Source: Azolla caroliniana (taxonomy: Eukaryota; Plantae; Polypodiophyta). From it: 64,000 bases of DNA. Under the pieces are notes generated by a model. That model was given only the letters and a program-made list of their open reading frames with translations. It searched no databases and had not been told where the DNA came from. How positions within the stretch are numbered: position 1 is the stretch's first letter; each line of letters begins with the position of its first letter. Shown here piece after piece: positions 21,664 through 34,752 of this stretch. Position numbers and translations under genes: made by a program. The stretch lies in NCBI GenBank assembly GCA_043228905.1, contig JBHGNT010000016.1, positions 11,160,001-11,224,000 of the forward strand, given 5' to 3'.

Positions 21664-24211
21664 CATCTGACGTCAAATCGAGTTGATACGACACAACAAC
21701 AAGATGGCCTCTATGACAACAAATAAATGGCACTCCCTGGATGAGATAGCCATGTCGACCATTCGAATGCATCTGGCGAAAAACATCTATTTTAGCATGG
21801 CAAAGGAGACAACTTCAAGCCGTTTATGAGAAGAAGTCCTCCTCATCGAAGCTCATATTGATCCAACAATCGTTCCATATGAAGATGAGAGAGACAAATC
21901 CAGCGACCTCCCACATCAACACCTTCAGTCGGGTGTTGTCTGAGCTCTCCTCCCAAGGGATTAACTTCGAAGAAGAAGTTAAAGACTTTGCCCTTCTTTC
22001 GAGCTTGCCGGCGAGTTGGGAGGTATTCTACACATCATTCGTCAACAACTATCCAAATTTGAGTCTAGATGAAACGATTGGACAAGTCTTCACTAAGGAT
22101 ATTTGGCAAAAATTGATGGGTCTCACTATCGACAATTCAGTAGAAGCCCATCACTCAACTGAGTTAGCCGAGAGAGTCGGTCGAAGTTGAGGAATGTTCT
22201 ACACTATCATCCTACACTGACTCCGGCATGTTCCTGAGCTTAAGAGTCCAGTCTCCATCGGCATGCTCGCCGAAGCCGGGTACCGAACGACTCTCAATGA
22301 GTCTTCATGGATGATCAGCCAAGAAAACATGAAAATCGGGTGCAGATGCAAGTACAATAACCTATATCCACTAATGGCAATCAATCCAAAGGGCACATTG
22401 AACATAGCCAAATCATCATATTCGAACCTATGGCATGACCGACAGAGCTATATGTCACAAGACACTTAGATCCGACAATGGAGGTGAATACACCTCCTGA
22501 GTCTTCAAATAGTACCTGTCTGAAAACGGAATCTAACATCAAAGAACTATTCCATACACTCCCATGCAGAATGGCATGGTAGAATGCATGAACTGGACAG
22601 TCCAAGAGAGACTAATGGCAATGCTCCAACATTCCTGACTCAAGCTGGAATTTTGGGCCGAGGCACTGCACATAGTTGTCTATTTGATAAATCTATCACT
22701 GTTGAGAGCAGTGTTTCTCGAAGTGCAATAGGCACTTTGGACTGGCAAACCACTGACCTACGATAGGCTCCGTACATTCGGATGCGAAGCCTACGCATTC
22801 ATCCCCACGGACGTGTGAGGAATAATGCGGAATACTGCTCGGCCACAACCGAGTCTTGAATCACTTCGATAAGAGTGCAACACAGGAATGGGAATAGATG
22901 TACACACAAAAAGAGTACACAGGATGTTTACGTGGAAAACCCTAAATGGGAAAAACCCCGGGAGCCCACAGACTCCGAACTATCACTATGAAGAGAAGGG
23001 ATACAAATAGAGACTCATAGGCAACGACCTGGAGCTTGGTTTCATCACTAGGCGGCGGTTACAACAGAGTATCGCTCTATATCTCTCTCCCTCTCTCCCT
23101 CTGTCGCTCTCTCTATGCTACAATTACAACAACAATAACGACACATATAAAGTGATTTCCCTAAGTCATATTTATACTTATCTGAACTTAGGGCTATTTA
23201 CAAATATAGCCTCAATGAGCTTACTTAGAAACATATTTACAGTATGTCTTCTACATCCGGTTCTCACTGGGTCTTCTACATTTGGTTCTCATTGGGTCTT
23301 CTATGTCCGGTTCTCAAGATCCCATCCGGAGGGGCCGAAATCTGAACAATCTCCCCCTTCACTCCAGCATGGGATGTTTTGTCAGCCCAATCCGTGTCCG
23401 GCATCCGTCCAGCTTGTCGGGTGTCAGCACTTTGATCAGCATGTCCGACGCGTTCTCCTCCGTGTGGATTTTTTTCAACACAAACTCTTGATCTTCTACT
23501 CTTTCTCGGATCTAGTGGTACCTCTGTTGGATATGTTTCGTCCGGGAATGGTAGGTCGTGTTCTTTGCAAGGTGGATGGCACTCTGACTGTCGCAAAAGA
23601 GCCGGTATTCCTCCTGTCGGATCCCTAGCTCACCGATGAAGTCCTTCATCCAGATTATTTCCTTGCCGGCTTCCACACCTACCATGTACTCCGCTTCCAT
23701 GGTTGACAACGCAATTGTCTTCTGTAGTCTTGATTGCCACGAGACAGCTCCCCCTGCATAAGTCATGACATATCCGGATGTCGACCTGCTGGTATCCGCA
23801 TCAGGCGACATATCTGAATCCGTTCTGCCTGGCCGGACTAGCCTCAACACAGGTGTCTATCCGACACTTCTCCAAAGGGGTGGTAAGGATTGGATGCTAG
23901 GTTACACGCGTAAGATGATTACAATTAAGCACAGACGGTAAAACAATACAGAGATACAGATAAACACGCAATAATTCTATTTGTATTACTTCCGTCAAGA
24001 CCTTTACAAATCATCGGATCCTTTTATAGGCATCCGGCAAGGTTACAATCGGTGCGCTTAGGCAACCGGCATCCGAATCGGTCCGGATCCGGATCGGAAC
24101 AACTGTACCGGATCCGTCCCTCCGAATAATAATTATACTATTATTTACTTCCTATTATCTAGTCCGACTCCGCCTTCCCACTTGTCCTTGCTCTTCTGAC
24201 CGGTCAACACA

Positions 24212-24227
24212 TGGCACGCCCGTGGGA
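24212..24227 (+). promoter_or_regulatory. Inverted PBS-like site (tRNA-Arg UCU) at the PPT position of Gypsy-E
   Basis: TGGCACGCCC-GTGGGA versus the recalled complement of plant tRNA-Arg(UCU), TGGCACGCCCGGTGGGA; 2 nt from the LTR. Confidence 0.7.
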
Positions 24228-24259
24228 AAGTGCGTTGCACTTTGAATCCACTCCCGGCC

Positions 24260-25990
24260 TCATTCTTCCTCCAAAATATCGAGCACACTCTGCTCGATGG
24301 GGTCAAGTGGTGCTTCTTCCTCCAATTCCTGTTCCTTGCCTGCCTGGTCTCCGACCTCCGGTTGAGTTGGCTGTTCCGTAAAAATTTGCTGCTTCGGCTC
24401 TGCTTGATTCTGTGGTGCCGGTGCTTCCTCACCGTTCCGTCTGGGTTCTTCCTGTTCTCCCTCCGTTCCAGGCTCTGTTCTGTTACCAGTGTCGCTTTCT
24501 CCGGTCTCGACTGGTCGGCTCGGTGCGCCTTCTTCCTCTGCTCTGGTGTCTTTCGGTCTCAGCTCTTCTTCTTCTCCGGCATCAGTCTGCTCCTGCTCTT
24601 CTTGATTTCCTTCGAACGGAAGTTCTTCTTCGGGTATTCCTTGTCAGGGTTGTTCGGTGGCGGTTGGTTCAACTTCAGCCGGTCGCTCTCCCTCACTTAT
24701 AGTGATTGGCATCGTTCTTCCCTTGGCTTCCTGTCGTAACCGGTCCTGCTCGTATTTCTCCAACTCCAATTGAGTTGCGAGCTGCCCGTCATCCAACCTC
24801 TCTACCAACCCTCGGATTTCTTTGAGATGTTCTTCCGCTAAAGCGTAGAAATCCTCCGACAATTCTTCCCGAATGGCGACGATACTTTCTTCATCCATCT
24901 TGTAGAACTTGTCACCGGTCTTCCTCCGATTCTCGGCATCAGCTCGGAGTGTCTGCAGCTCGGCTGCCTGTTGTGACCACTCCTTCCATAGCTTTTCCGT
25001 ACTTTTGTTGATGCTTGCCTGAGCTCGGGTACTCCAACCTAACATGATGAGCTTGATCCGGTCAACCCCCGCCTTAGCATGCACATAAGCTTCTTGCTTT
25101 TCCTTCCTTGCCCGTTTTATAATGTCGGCCATTATCTGAGCCTGGGCCTTGTAATCTGCTTTCTGCTTTTCATAGGTACTTTGTAGTTTGTTGATCGTGA
25201 AGGTCGATCTTTCCTTTTCTTCATTCCTGATCTTGGTCAGATCCAGCTTTTCCCGCCTTAGCGCCTCTAATTCCTTCCTTCTCTCCGTCGCTTGGGTTAT
25301 TTCCGCCGACAATGCTTCCTTTTTGGCACTGACCTCCTCTATTGTCTTAGCCAGGTCTAATCGGGTTTCTTTGAGCTGTTCTTTCAGCTTCTCTATTTGC
25401 CGGTTGTAGTGTTCTGCCCATTTCTTGTTGTCCGACTCGGCCTGCTTGTGATCTCGGTAGAGACGGTCGAAGTCCTCCGTCTTTTACTTCAGGCGTCGGT
25501 TTGCCTGAGCTCTTAACCGGTCATCCCGGTCCTTCTGTTGTCGGAGTTCTTCCTGCAGTCGTTCTATCTCCTGCTCAGCATGTCGACGCAGTCGGTCCTT
25601 CTCCTTTTGCAGCTTCTCTTTTTCTTCTTGCAGTCGGTCATTAGTGGCTCGGCCTTTCCGGAGGCCTTCTTCCATTTTCCGTCTGTCGTCCTCCACCGCT
25701 TTCTGCTGCTCCCTTTCTTTTTCCCTTAATGCCTCCTGAGCTTTTAACTCCTCTCGTAAGGTTTCTATTATTTTTTCGGTCTCAGGGCCGGTTTGCAAGG
25801 CTACCGGTTCCGGTTCTGGTTGCTTCCTTGTTGTCCCGACCGGCTCGGTGACAACTTGTGCTTGTTGAATTCCTTCCCTTGCCTGCAACAGCTCCCCTTG
25901 GAATTCCTTGATCTGTGTTCGGAGCGCGACCAACTCCCGATAACTGCTCCGAAAGCCATCTCAGCCATTCTGGCTTTGTGCTTCCTGTGT
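24260..25990 (-). pseudogene. Gypsy-E extra ORF: long coiled coil plus acidic tail, function unknown
   Basis: ORFs 25484..25933 and 24644..25312 share a frame and are E/K/R/Q-rich; an E-rich tail follows a frameshift. Confidence 0.7.
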
Positions 25991-28281
25991 CGAACAGCAT
26001 GTTTGTCGGCTGATGACATTTACCCCGGAGCCTCCGTCAATAATCGTTCCAGCAATTTCCTTTCCTTTCACGATTGCCGTGATCGCCGGGCTACTTGTAT
26101 CGACCACCGCTAGTCCTTCCTCCGGGTTGGAGAAGAATGCCGGTGCTGGCGTCGGCTTCGGTTTGCTCACGGATGCCTGTAAGTCTGCCGTAAATCGTGG
26201 CACCAACTGTAGTAGCCGTGCTAACGGCAGCATAATTTGCCAGTCCTGTAGCGCTTGCCACGTCGGGTTTTCTCCTGGCTGTATGATTTCTTCGTCTTTT
26301 GGCATATTTTGGTCTCTTACTTCTGCCGCATTCTGTTCATTGGCCTCCTTGATCCATTGCGCCGCTTGTTTTCTGATTGCCTCCTGGGCTTCCCACTCGG
26401 CGGTCTTTCCCTTTGACCGGGTTGTGACCTGCTGTACTTCTGTTATTTCGGCTATAACCATGTTGACTGCCGGCTACTTGTCATTGGTTTTGCTTGGGCA
26501 TTGGTTACTATAATGGCCTTCCTTACGGCAATAATAACAGTACACCTTGTGACTGTTGCTCGTTTCTCCTTTGTCCCCGGTTTGAAGGGTGGGTATGCTT
26601 CGGCGGTCGTCTTCGGTTTTTCGGTTATCCGGTACCGATACCGGGTTGTCATTCCTTGCTGCCTCCCGACGTTCCTCTCTTCGGAAAAATCCACACTTCT
26701 AATTCCGTCGGAAATTTCGGTTCCCTTGTCACCTCTCTTCTCTGCGTCGTTCGTATTCCGGGGATTCATCTCGGTCGTACCGGTCCCAGGGGTAGCTATC
26801 TCTGCATTTCTCCTCTCGGTCATAGTTATCGCGTCTTCTATCAACGTATCTGTTACCGCGTTCGCGTTGGTAGCGGTCGTCTCTCCGGAATCGATCCTCA
26901 TCCGGGTTCTGATTGCGCGGTTCTATGTGTCGAACCGGTGCTGCCTGCCGATTTAACAGGTTATATTCGCATCGGTCCGTTGTATGGGCTCGAGAGTTGC
27001 AGATCATACATTGTGTCCGCAGGGTGCAGTCTACTGTTGAGTGGCCCGAATTTAGGCATGTTGTGCTTTGTAAGGCCTGTCGGAACCTCAGGTCTTCCTC
27101 CTTCGGGAGTGCCCGGTGTAACATCCCCATCGACAAGAAGGAGCTAGTCTTGTCCATTTCTAAGACCCGATCAATAACTTGGTCCATTGTGCTGGTGTGG
27201 AAATCAAGGACTCCGCACATTGTTCGAAGTGGCTCTTTCAGCGCGGCCAAAAAGACTGCTTTGGCTTCGTCTTCGGGTGGTGCTCTCGTCAGTTGGCTGT
27301 GCAGGGTTTGAAACCGAATGATGAATTGTGGCACAATCTCGTTCTCTTCCTGCCGGGTGGTGTAGAACTGCCCGACCAATTCCCTTTGCTCAACTTGTCT
27401 GTGAAAAAGCCTGAGGAATTTGGCCTTCAAGGCATCGAATGTGGCAAAGCTGCCCGGTAAGTGCTTTGCGTGCCATCGGGCCGCCGGTCCTTCTAAGATC
27501 ATGCCGAATTCGGCGACTTTGGATCGTTCGGCTTCGGGCTCCGTCAGTCTTTGGGAGACATGGTTGGCTTCCCATGTTTGGAGTAATGCGTACACGTGTG
27601 CCTCCGCGTCGGGCTCATCCCGGTACTTTAGGTATGGGTACGGCATCGTGTCGTCCAACTGACTCTCCTGCTTTCTCCGCTCTCTGTCCGTTGTTGGCGT
27701 CGGTGTGAGAACCTTTGGTTCCTCCGCGGTTGGTGCCGGTATCCGCTCCTTCAGTTCCTCCGCGGGTGTTGCCGGTGTCCGGTCCTTTGGTTCCTCCGCG
27801 GGTGTTGTCGGTATCCGCTCCTTCGGTTCCTTCGCGGGTGTAGTCGGTATCCCGTCAGCCTCCCTCGGCGATTGCCGGTCACCGAACTCCAAGGTTATTT
27901 CTTCCTCTGGCTCCGGTGTTACTGAGTCTTCTGACCCCTCTTCCCCCGGGTCGTTTGGTGTGTCGTGGCTGCTTTTATACCGGGACGCAACGCTTCCGTC
28001 GCTTTCCGACTCCGCCTCAAGTGTTGCGAATGCTTCCGAGTCCCCATCGCCCCCTGTAGTATCGTTTCCGCCTCTTGCAGGCTTGTTATGCTACTGCCTT
28101 CGTCGGGGACTTGCAGAACCCGGAACTGCAGTGCTTCTTCTGCGACTCTCCGAAGAGTTCTGGAGAATGACCGATCTCGCCGGATCTCATCGACGGCTTG
28201 CTGCAGGGCTTCCCGTCGTTGCTCTTATTTGGTGTATCGTCTCCCTCGTTCGGTGATGTGGTCGTCGTTTGGTCTAGACAT
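25991..28281 (-). pseudogene. Gypsy-E gag and truncated protease
   Basis: LEGPAARWH, FDALKAKFL, RQEENEIVPQFIIRF, CMICNSRAHTTDRC, QVTTRSK, IIDGGSGVNVIS. Confidence 0.85.
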
Positions 28282-28315
28282 CCATCCCCCGGTTGTCCTC
28301 TGCACTTTGCAGGAA

Positions 28316-28327
28316 TCGTGGTCACCA
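28316..28327 (-). promoter_or_regulatory. Gypsy-E PBS (probably tRNA-Arg UCG)
   Basis: TGGTGACCACGA, 6 nt after the 5' LTR and upstream of gag. The tRNA identity is from memory and tentative. Confidence 0.65.
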
Positions 28328-28470
28328 AAATAGTGTTGTCTGCCTGGCCGGACTAGCCTCAACACAGGTGTCTATCCGACACTTCTCCAAAGGGGTGGTA
28401 AGGATTGGATCCTAGGTTACACGCGTAAGATGATTACAATTAAGCACAGACGGTAAAACAATACAGAGAT

Positions 28471-31400
28471 TGTTGAGAATCAACGCTCCGATTCACCTTC
28501 ACCTCTCGGCCACAACCGAGGAAACACACGAATCGTTGTTGCAGAAAATAGGAAATACAGAGAAAGACACGATAACACAGGGATTGACGTGGAAAACCCT
28601 ATACGGGAAAAACCACGGGAGTGCAAGACTCCAAACCAAAACTATGCACAGAGAAATATACAATGGCGAGCTACAAGGTGACGACCCTGAGCTCGCCATC
28701 CTCGCCATAGGCGGCGGTATTACACAGAGGCGTCGACCTCTTCCTCTCTCACGCTCTGTCTCTCTCACGGCTGCTCTCTCTTCACTCCTCTTGAGTGGAA
28801 AAACAGAAAAATAAGTAGCAACACATAAAACTGTTTGCCCTAAGTCATATTTATACACATATGACTTTCGGGCTATTTACAAATATAGCCTCAAGGGCCC
28901 TTGGCAAACATATTCACAAATATGTCCCCACATCCGGATCTCTCTCCGGGTACATTCATCATCCGGCTCCGTAGCCGGGGTCTTCATCATCCGGCTCCGT
29001 AGCCGGGTCTTCATCATCCGGCTCCGTAGCCGGGTCTTCATCATCCGGCTCCGTAGCCGGGTACTCTTCATCATCCGGCTACGTAGCCGGGTACTCTTCA
29101 TCCGGCTTCATGCCGGGTACTCTTCATCCTCCGGTTCCGTAACCGCAACCGGGCTTACCGTCATTCATCTCCGGACATCCCATCCGGAGGGACCGAAAAT
29201 CCCAACAAACTCCCCCTTCACTTCGGCATGGGATGTCTCTCCAATCCGATCCTCTTCCGGCATGCTTCCAGCTTGTCGGGTACCTTGGTCAGCATATCCG
29301 ACCCGTTCTCGTCCGTGTGGATCTTCGTCAGCACGAACTCCTTGTCTTCTATCCTTTCCCGGATCCAGTGGTATCTACGCTGGATGTGCTTCGTCCGGGA
29401 GTAATAGGCCGCGTTCTTCGCAAGGTGGATGGCACTCTGACTGTCGCAGTAGAGTCGGTACTCCTCCTGCCGGATACCGAGCTCTCTAATGAAGTCCTTC
29501 ATCCATATTATTTCCTTGCCGGCTTCAACAGCCGCCATGTACTCCGCCTCCGTGGTTGACAACGCAACCGTCTTCTGCAGCCTCGACTGCCACGAAACAG
29601 CTCCCCCTGCATACGTCATCACATACCCTGATGTGGACCGGCTGGTATCAGCATCAGCCGACATATCCGAATCGGTAAAGCCGTCAAGTTCGGGCTTACT
29701 GGAGCCGAATCGGAGGCACACGTTTGCCGTGCCCTTCAGGTATCGGAGTATCCACTTGGCCGCGTTCCAGTGCTCTTTGCCGGGGTTGCTCATGTACCGG
29801 CTCACCACTCCGACAGCATATCCTATGTCCGGTCTTGTACACACCATTGCGTACATCAAGCTTCCGACGGCAGAGGCATATGGTACTTTCATCATGTCCT
29901 CCTTCTCAGCCTTTGTCTTGGGGCTTTGCTTGCTGGACAACTTGCAGTTTGCCGGGAGGGTTGACCCGACCGGTCTTGCTTCCGACATGTTGAACCGGTG
30001 AAGCACCTTTGTCACGTACTTCTCCTGTGACAGCCACAACTGCTTCTTCTTCCGGTCCCGGATGATGTGCATCCCTAGTATTTGCCTCGCCGGACCCAGG
30101 TCTTTCATTGAGAAGGTTCGGTGAAGGGCCTTCTTCAGCATCCGTATCTTGACCTGGTCCCGTCCGACGATCAACATGTCGTCCACGTACAGGAGGAGTA
30201 TTAGAAAGTCTCCTCCTTCGAACTTCTTCACAAACACGCAGTGATCGGACTGCGTTTTGTGGTACCCTTCGTCTGTCATGAAGGAGTCGAACTTCTGGTA
30301 CCATTGCCGGGGAGCCTGCTTCAGACCGTAAAGGCTCTTCTTCAACCGGCATACGAGGTGCTCCTTCCCTTTCTTCTCGAATCCTTCCGGTTGCTGCATG
30401 TAGATCTCTTCTTCGAGGTCACCGTGAAGGAATGCCGTCTTCACGTCCATCTGTTCTACCTCGAGGTCCATGCTTGCCGCTATGCTCAGCACCGTCCGGA
30501 TGGAGGTCATCTTCACTACCGGGGCAAATATCTCGTCGAAGTCGACGCCCTTCTTCTGCTGAAACCCCTTCACCACGATCCTGGCTTTGTATCTCGGGAG
30601 GTTTTCGGCATCTCCCGGTTTCAGCTTGAACACCCACTTGTTACGGAGTGCCCGTTTTCCTTTCGGCAACTCCACAAGTTCATATGTGTGGTTCTCATGC
30701 AGGGAATCCATCTCCTCCTGCATGGCACTTAACCACCTGCGGCTATGGGTGTCATGCTTCGCTTCTTCAAAGATCTCCGGCTCCCCCTCGTCGGTTAGCA
30801 GCACGTGCTCTGGTTCCGGAAATCTCCGGGGGGCCCTTCTCTCTCTTAGAGGATATCTCCGTTCCGGAGCTTCGGTAACCGGTTCTTCCGATTCTTCTTC
30901 ATCCGAATCCATTTCGGGATCGGGGCCGGTTCCGGTATCATTTTCATCTTCTTCGGCCGGTTCTGTTTCTTCACCGTCTTCGGCCGGATCTTCGAGTGTT
31001 AACCGGTCCCTTGCCGGTCGGGACTGCTCCTCGTAGAGTTTATCCTCTCCGGTAGACTTGGAGCTCTTCATCTTCTTCTCCGACTCCCAGTCGGCGAGTG
31101 TCTTGTTCTCCATGAAGATGATGTCGCGACTCCGGAATATCTTCTTGTCGACCGGGTCCCATACTCGGTAGCCAAACTCGTCGTCGCCGTAACCGAGGAA
31201 TATGCATGGCCGGGTCTTTGGATCTAGCTTTCCTCTCCGGTCCTTTGCCACATGCACATATGTGAGACACCCGAATACCTTCAGGTGCCGGTAGGACACT
31301 TCCTTACCGGTCCACACTCTCTGTGGCGTGTCTCCATCCAGGGATACTGAGGGTGATCTATTTATCACATATGTCGCCGTCGACATTGCCTCAGCCCAAA

Positions 31401-33995
31401 ATCCCTTGGGTAATTTCGCATGTGCCAGCATACTCCGGACCCTCTCCATTATGGTCCGGTTCATCCTCTCGGCCAGCCCGTTCAGTTCCGGCATCTTCGG
31501 CACAGTAAACTCGAGCCGGATTCCCTTCGAGCGACAGTACTCCGCGAACTGCCCCCGGTATTCCCCTCCGTTATCCGCTCGTATCGCTTTCAGCTTCTTG
31601 CCGGATTCTCTTTCCACTCTCGCGTGGAGTTCTTTGAAGACGGACAATACTTGGTCCTTTGTCTTCAATGGTGCCGTCCACAGCTTCCGGCTATGGTCAT
31701 CTATGAATGTTACGAAGTACTGGGCTCCGCCATGTGACTTCGTTTCTACCTGGCACACATCAGTGTGTACCAACTCCAATGGTACACTACGTCTCATCGG
31801 TGGTCTTGAGCGGAAGGAGGTCCGGTTTTGCTTACCGGCCAGACAGTCGGTACACTTCCCCAGGTGTACGTGCTTTACCGGTATCAGGTTGTCTTCAGCA
31901 AGCCTCTTCATCCCCTTCTCGCTCATGTGGCACAGTCTCTTGTGCCACAGCTCACCGTCAGTGTCAGCTGCCACGTTCAGCTCCTCCGGACATAGCCGGG
32001 AATTCATCAGGTATAGTGTGTTGACCTTCCGGGCCCGAGCCACTATCAGGCTCCCTTTGCTGAACTTCATGACACCGTTCCGGATGCTACCCGTGTAGCC
32101 TTCATCGTCTAGCCTCCTGGCCGAAACCAGGTTCAATCGAACCTCCGGAACGTGTCGCACATCCTTCAGCAGCATCTTGCATCCGGTTGATGTCATCAGC
32201 CACACGTCTCCTATGCCGGCAATCCGGCATGTACCTTCATTTCCCATCCGGACACAGCCGTGCTCACCGGCTGTGTAGGATGAGAAGTATTTCTTCTCCG
32301 GGGTCAGGTGGAACGATGCTCCGGAATCGACCACCCAGGTCATCTCTTCACCGGCAAGGTTCAGCTCCCTCTCTTCGGTAATGAGCATTATCTCTTCTTC
32401 ACTTGCCGCGAGTGCCGTCGTTCCTTTCCGGTCTTGCCCTCGCCGATCCGGACCTCTCCGGTCCGTGGCTCCCCGGTATGCACCGTTTCGCTCCGGTGAC
32501 TTCTTCGAATCGGTGTCGTCGGCTCCGTTGTCTTTTCGGTAATGCCGACAATTCTTCCGGAAGTGCCCCGGCTTCCCACAGTGGAAGCATGTGGGCTTTC
32601 CTCTTGACTACGACCGGGTCCCCGACTTCTCCCGTCTCTGCGGACTCCGGTTCCGTTGTCTTCCCCGTTCCGATTCGGTAAGCAGCGCCTTCGAGTCGGA
32701 GGCCGGTTCTTTATCTCTCCGACGCGCTTCTTCGTTCAAAATACTTGTCTTTACCGTTTGTAGAGACAAGTTATCTTCGGTGCAGGAGGTGCTGAGAGTC
32801 ACCACCAAGTTCTCCCAGCTTTCCGGCAATGTACACATCAGAATGATGGCTTGCATTGCATCCTCCAACGGGAACTTGATCGCCGCAAGCTGGTTCACAA
32901 ATCCCATGAACGTGCTTACGTGTTCCACCATACTCTTGCCGTCGCGGTACTTGAGGTTCACTATCTTCCTCATCAGGGAGGTCCGGTTCAACGCATTCTT
33001 CCTCTCGTAGAGACCCGACAGCTTCCGCCACATCTCGTATGCGTTGGTGTCGTTCGCCACATGTTGTAGAACGCTCACGTCGACGTATTGCCGAATGGTT
33101 GCAACGGCTTTCCAGTTCAGAAGCCTCCATTCCGACTCAAGTACCCCCTTCGGTATTTCCTACCTGTCAATCGGTTCGTACAGGTCCCGAACAATCAGAA
33201 GATCCTCCATCTTGATCTTCCAGTCGGCGTAATTCTGCGCATTCAGCACCATCATCCCCGGCTGCCCGCTGCCACCGGCTTCCATTTTCTGCAGCAACTC
33301 GCTCTGATACCACTTTGTTGAGAATCAACGCTCCGATTCACCTTCACCTCTCGGCCACAACCGAGGAAACACACGAATCGTTGTTGCAGAAAATAGGAAA
33401 TACAGAGAAAGACACGATAACACAGGGATTGACGTGGAAAACCCTATACGGGAAAAACCACGGGAGTGCAAGACTCCAAACCAAAACTATGCACAGAGAA
33501 ATATACAATGGCGAGCTACAAGGCGACGACCCTGAGCTCGCTATCCTCGCCACAGGCGGCGGTATTACACAGAGGCGTCGACCTCTTCCTCTCTCACGCT
33601 CTGTCTCTCTCACGGCTGCTCTCTCTTCACTCCTCTTGAGTGGAAAAACAGAAAAATAAGTAGCAACACATAAAACTGTTTGCCCTAAGTCATATTTATA
33701 CACATATGGCTTTCGGGCTATTTACAAATATAGCCTCAAGGGCCCTTGGCAAACGTATTCACAAATATGTCCCCACATCCGGATCTCTCTTCGGGTACAT
33801 TCATCATCCGGCTCCGTAGCCGGGGTCTTCATCATCCGGCTCCGTAGCCGGGTCTTCATCATCCGGCTCCGTAGCCGGGTACTCTTCATCCGGCTTCATG
33901 CCGGGTACTCTTCATCCTCCGGTTCCGTAACCGCAACCGGGCTTGCCGTCATTCATCTCCGGACATCCCATCCGGAGGGACCGAAAATCCCAACA
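28471..33995 (-). mobile_element. Copia-F: full-length copia inserted in the Gypsy-E 5' LTR
   Basis: TSD GAGAT (28466-70 / 33996-34000), LTRs 28471-29207 and 33316-33995, PBS 33301-33312, PPT 29210-29219. Confidence 0.97.
29218..33285 (-). pseudogene. Copia-F gag-pol (two stops in gag; pol open for 1056 aa)
   Basis: Near-identical to the Copia-N protein; TAG at about 33160 and at 32608; 6-bp deletion near the C-terminus. Confidence 0.95.
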
Positions 33996-34752
33996 GAGAT
34001 ACAGATAAACACGCAATAATTCTATTTGTATTACTTCCGTCAAGACCTTTACAAATCATCGGATCCTTTTATAGGCATCCGGCAAGGTTACAATCGGTGC
34101 GCTTAGGCAACCGGCATCCGAATCGGTCTGGATCCGGATCGGTACAACTGTACCGGATCCGTCCCTCCGAATAATAATTATACTATTATTTACTTCCTAT
34201 TATCCGATCCGACTCCGCCTTCCCACTTGTCCTTGCTCTTCTGACCGGTCAACATCAAATTGGGGATTACCGGAGCTGAATTGGAGGCACATGCTCGAGG
34301 TGCCTTTCAAATACCAGAGTATCCACTTGACCGGGTTCCATTGCTCTCTTCCGGGATTGCTCATGAACCGGCTCACCACTCTGACTACATATCCGATATC
34401 CGATCGGGTACGTACCATCGCGTACATCAAGCTCCCGACGGCAGAGGCATATGGTATCTTCATCATATCTGCCTTCTCTGCCTTTTTCCTTGGGCTCTGC
34501 TTTCCGGATAGCTTGCAGTTTGCCGGAAGTGTCGATCCGACTGGTTTTGCATCCGACATGTTGAACCGCTGAAGCACCTTCGTCACGTACTTTTCTTGTG
34601 ATAGCCACAATAGCTTCTTCGACCGGTCCTAGATGATGTGCATCCCCAATATCTATCTTGTCGAACCCAAGTCTTTCATTGAGAAGGTCCAGTTCAGGGC
34701 CTTCTTCAGCATCCGTATTTTGACTTGGTCTCATCCGATGATCAGCATATCA

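Larger units (their letters stand above)
23824..34254 (-). mobile_element. Gypsy-E: non-autonomous gypsy-type element (gag, PR, coiled-coil ORF; no RT/RH/INT)
   Basis: LTRs 23824-24209 and 28334-28470 + 34001-34254 (about 390 bp, TGTTG..CAACA). TATA box on the minus strand at about 24020-24030. Confidence 0.9.

Noticed and set aside
28470-28858. Recurrent ORFs in LTRs and antisense to pol (e.g. 29489..30001, 31328..32098)
   Set aside because: They recur only because the repeats recur; these are shadow ORFs of GC-rich coding DNA.
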